A DNA stretch of 26,325 nucleotides from Ginkgo biloba (lineage: Eukaryota; Plantae; Ginkgophyta): assembly GCA_024626585.2 (NCBI GenBank), contig JANKJI020000002.1, positions 45,709,933 to 45,736,257 on the forward strand, written 5' to 3'. The first letter of the stretch is position 1. Every line of letters starts with the position of its first letter. This document shows positions 23,901-26,325 of the stretch, one piece after another. Position numbers and translations under genes: made by a program. The notes under the pieces are model-generated. The model had not been told where the DNA came from. It did no database searches and worked only from the letters and a program-made list of their open reading frames with translations.

Positions 23901-24659
23901 AACATATTCTTTATAATTTTAATACTAGATGTTGGTATCAATATAACTCTATAATGCCTTTAGTGACATTTTCTCTATCTCTAATACTAGATGGCATATT
24001 ATATTAGTCATTCTTATCACTTTTCAGTGACACTACACAATCCTATTAGAGGTTTGGTTAGTTTTCCCTTAGAACTCCCAACATATTGGTTGTTAGCTAA
24101 TAATTCCCATCATCATCTACCTCTAGGATCTTAGCAAATAGACTCATCGACCTTTATTAATGAACCCTATAGGGATCATGTCACCTATCAAAAATGTCAA
24201 TTCTATGAGCATTTTCTCAAAAATACCAACGACTCCCTTTTTTCTTCTCTTTAACCATTCTACACATTATTATGCCAGTTACTATAGAGGGTTATTGATG
24301 AGTATTCCACTAACCCTAACACCNNNNNNNNNNNNNNNNNNNNNNNNNNNNNNNNNNNNNNNNNNNNNNNNNNNNNNNNNNNNNNNNNNNNNNNNNNNNN
24401 NNNNNNNNNNNNNNNNNNNNNNNNNNNNNNNNNNNNNNNNNNNNNNNNNNNNNNNNNNNNNNNNNNNNNNNNNNNNNNNNNNNNNNNNNNNNNNNNNNNN
24501 NNNNNNNNNNNNNNNNNNNNNNNNNNNNNNNNNNNNNNNNNNNNNNNNNNNNNNNNNNNNNNNNNNNNNNNNNNNNNNNNNNNNNNNNNNNNNNNNNNNN
24601 NNNNNNNNNNNNNNNNNNNNNNNNNNNNNNNNNNNNNNNNNNNNNNNNNNNNNNNNNNN

Positions 24660-25230
24660 ATGCACACTCTATCTCCCTTATTGAATGTTATCCTTGGATG
24701 CCACAATCAATAATTATTCCAACTTCCTCCTTTATCCTAACATCTTATCAGGTCATTATGCTACCTATCAATTTGATAATTCCACACTTCAGGCCTATGT
24801 CTCCAATTCCTCTTGATCCCTTCATCCCTCTTCCTTTTTCAGGTTGCCTTAATTAGCAATCTACTTGGTAATTCCTCCTTCGTACACTTCCTCAGCTTCC
24901 TCTCCCCATTCATTTTCCTTCTTTTTCTCTCCCTTTATTTCTCTTCCTACTCCTACTACCCCTTTTTTTAATCCTTCCCTTTTCTTTTTTGAACTTATAT
25001 ATTCCTTTCAAATTCTTAGGTGCCAACAGTCTTGGTAGGTGTGCTCCCTCAAATATATCTAATGACTCTATTCATTAAGATGGTTGTTGTTGTAGTAAAT
25101 TCCCTTCCCTACAACATCCATATTCTCCTCTATGTGTCTTATCAATTCATCCTCCTCTATCCTTTATTTACATATAGCCACATTTTTCATATTTTCATTT
25201 ATGGCTCATTCTTTCCTAAAGGATTTTGAA
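24660..25230 (-). mobile_element. Possible further gag/protease remnant
   Basis: Purine-rich minus strand followed by LIGSIM..EEVGIIIDCG (about 24700-24770), resembling a retropepsin ILIDSG site. Confidence 0.35.
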
Positions 25231-26325
25231 CCTTCCCTCTTTATGAGGTAGGGATTTTTATCCTTTTTAGATATAAATATGAGGGTATATGTATGATGCT
25301 ATTAGACCCATATACTACTATTAATTATATGTATGGATCTTAACATATATTTTTATCTATAACCCTCATAATGATCTTCCACTTATCGACACTCAGCTCT
25401 GGTGGATCAAAAACTTCACATTCCTCTTACACATCATGACTCACAACCCACTTGAATCCCTTAGGACATCACATGATAATATCACTAAGGAATATAATGT
25501 CACTAAAAAAACACAACCCAATATCACTAACATAAAATTGTAATATCTCCAACACAAGAATACATTAACTCTAACAAAAATCAAACATCCAACATCACGT
25601 CAATTTGGTCATAATATTTTGGCAAAATTTTTAGAATTTATCCTTTAAAAATGATGTTTGGATGCTCCTACATTAGTAATCCTTCTTACAACCATGATAT
25701 ACTTATAATTAATCCTTGAATCACTCATCAAGTGATATACCTCACTACATGAAGAAGGGAGAACATCATCTTCTAACAATAATTTATCTTTCAACAACCT
25801 ATCATTAATGTATCAAAAAATTAAAATGTTTATTTAGAATTTATTTATATTAAAATGAATTATATACATCAAAATAATTAAAAATCATATATTTTAATTG
25901 GATACCTCAATAATGATGTGAAATTGTTGNNNNNNNNNNNNNNNNNNNNNNNNNNNNNNNNNNNNNNNNNNNNNNNNNNNNNNNNNNNNNNNNNNNNNNN
26001 NNNNNNNNNNNNNNNNNNNNNNNNNNNNNNNNNNNNNNNNNNNNNNNNNNNNNNNNNNNNNNNNNNNNNNNNNNNNTATATATGCATCTTCATCAATATT
26101 TGGTAGTACTTCATTATTCTCTTCAAGCACGTGATTCTACTAATTTTGTGAATTATATTCTAGTGCTTAATAAACATCTATACTCTAAAAAAAATAACAA
26201 AGAATAAGGTTAATCCCCTTATTTAATTATACATATTCATTATTATTTATTAATATTTATTCTTATGCAAATGATCCTCAATTGGTAAGTTTATAAATTC
26301 TTTGTATTATTCTTTTTTGATATTT

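Noticed and set aside
23932-23940. tggtatca, resembling a tRNA-Met primer-binding site
   Set aside because: Wrong strand for the adjacent minus-strand gag, only 8 nt match, and no LTR was identified.

Overview
Gap-rich eukaryotic scaffold, AT-rich and strongly CpG-depleted. It looks like a large seed-plant genome, probably a gymnosperm, but that is inferred from TE style and decay pattern only. Most of the window is heavily decayed Ty3/gypsy LTR-retrotransposon sequence: a + strand RT/RNaseH/integrase remnant (1-1830), a - strand integrase fragment (1930-2260), and a - strand gag-PR-RT-RH remnant (20725-23900) that appears to be made of two diverged copies. The centre (about 8.3-14.8 kb) is a gene island missed by the ORF track. 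It holds (i) a spliced, apparently intact gene of unknown family (exons 11594-11722, 11853-11894, 11992-12587, 12696-12975; about 348 aa); (ii) a diverged tandem paralog 3.2 kb upstream with the same 42-nt micro-exon, cut off by an assembly gap; and (iii) between them, an L1-type LINE ORF1/ORF2 junction that runs directly into a decayed AGO2/3-type Argonaute PIWI-domain pseudogene (9581-10251). The intact gene has a 45-bp duplication over its start codon and a 44-bp duplication of its last splice acceptor, which offers two alternative C-terminal reading frames. No tRNA, rRNA or CRISPR features were seen. I cannot claim a proven new system; the orphan gene pair with the interposed LINE-AGO2 relic is the best lead.
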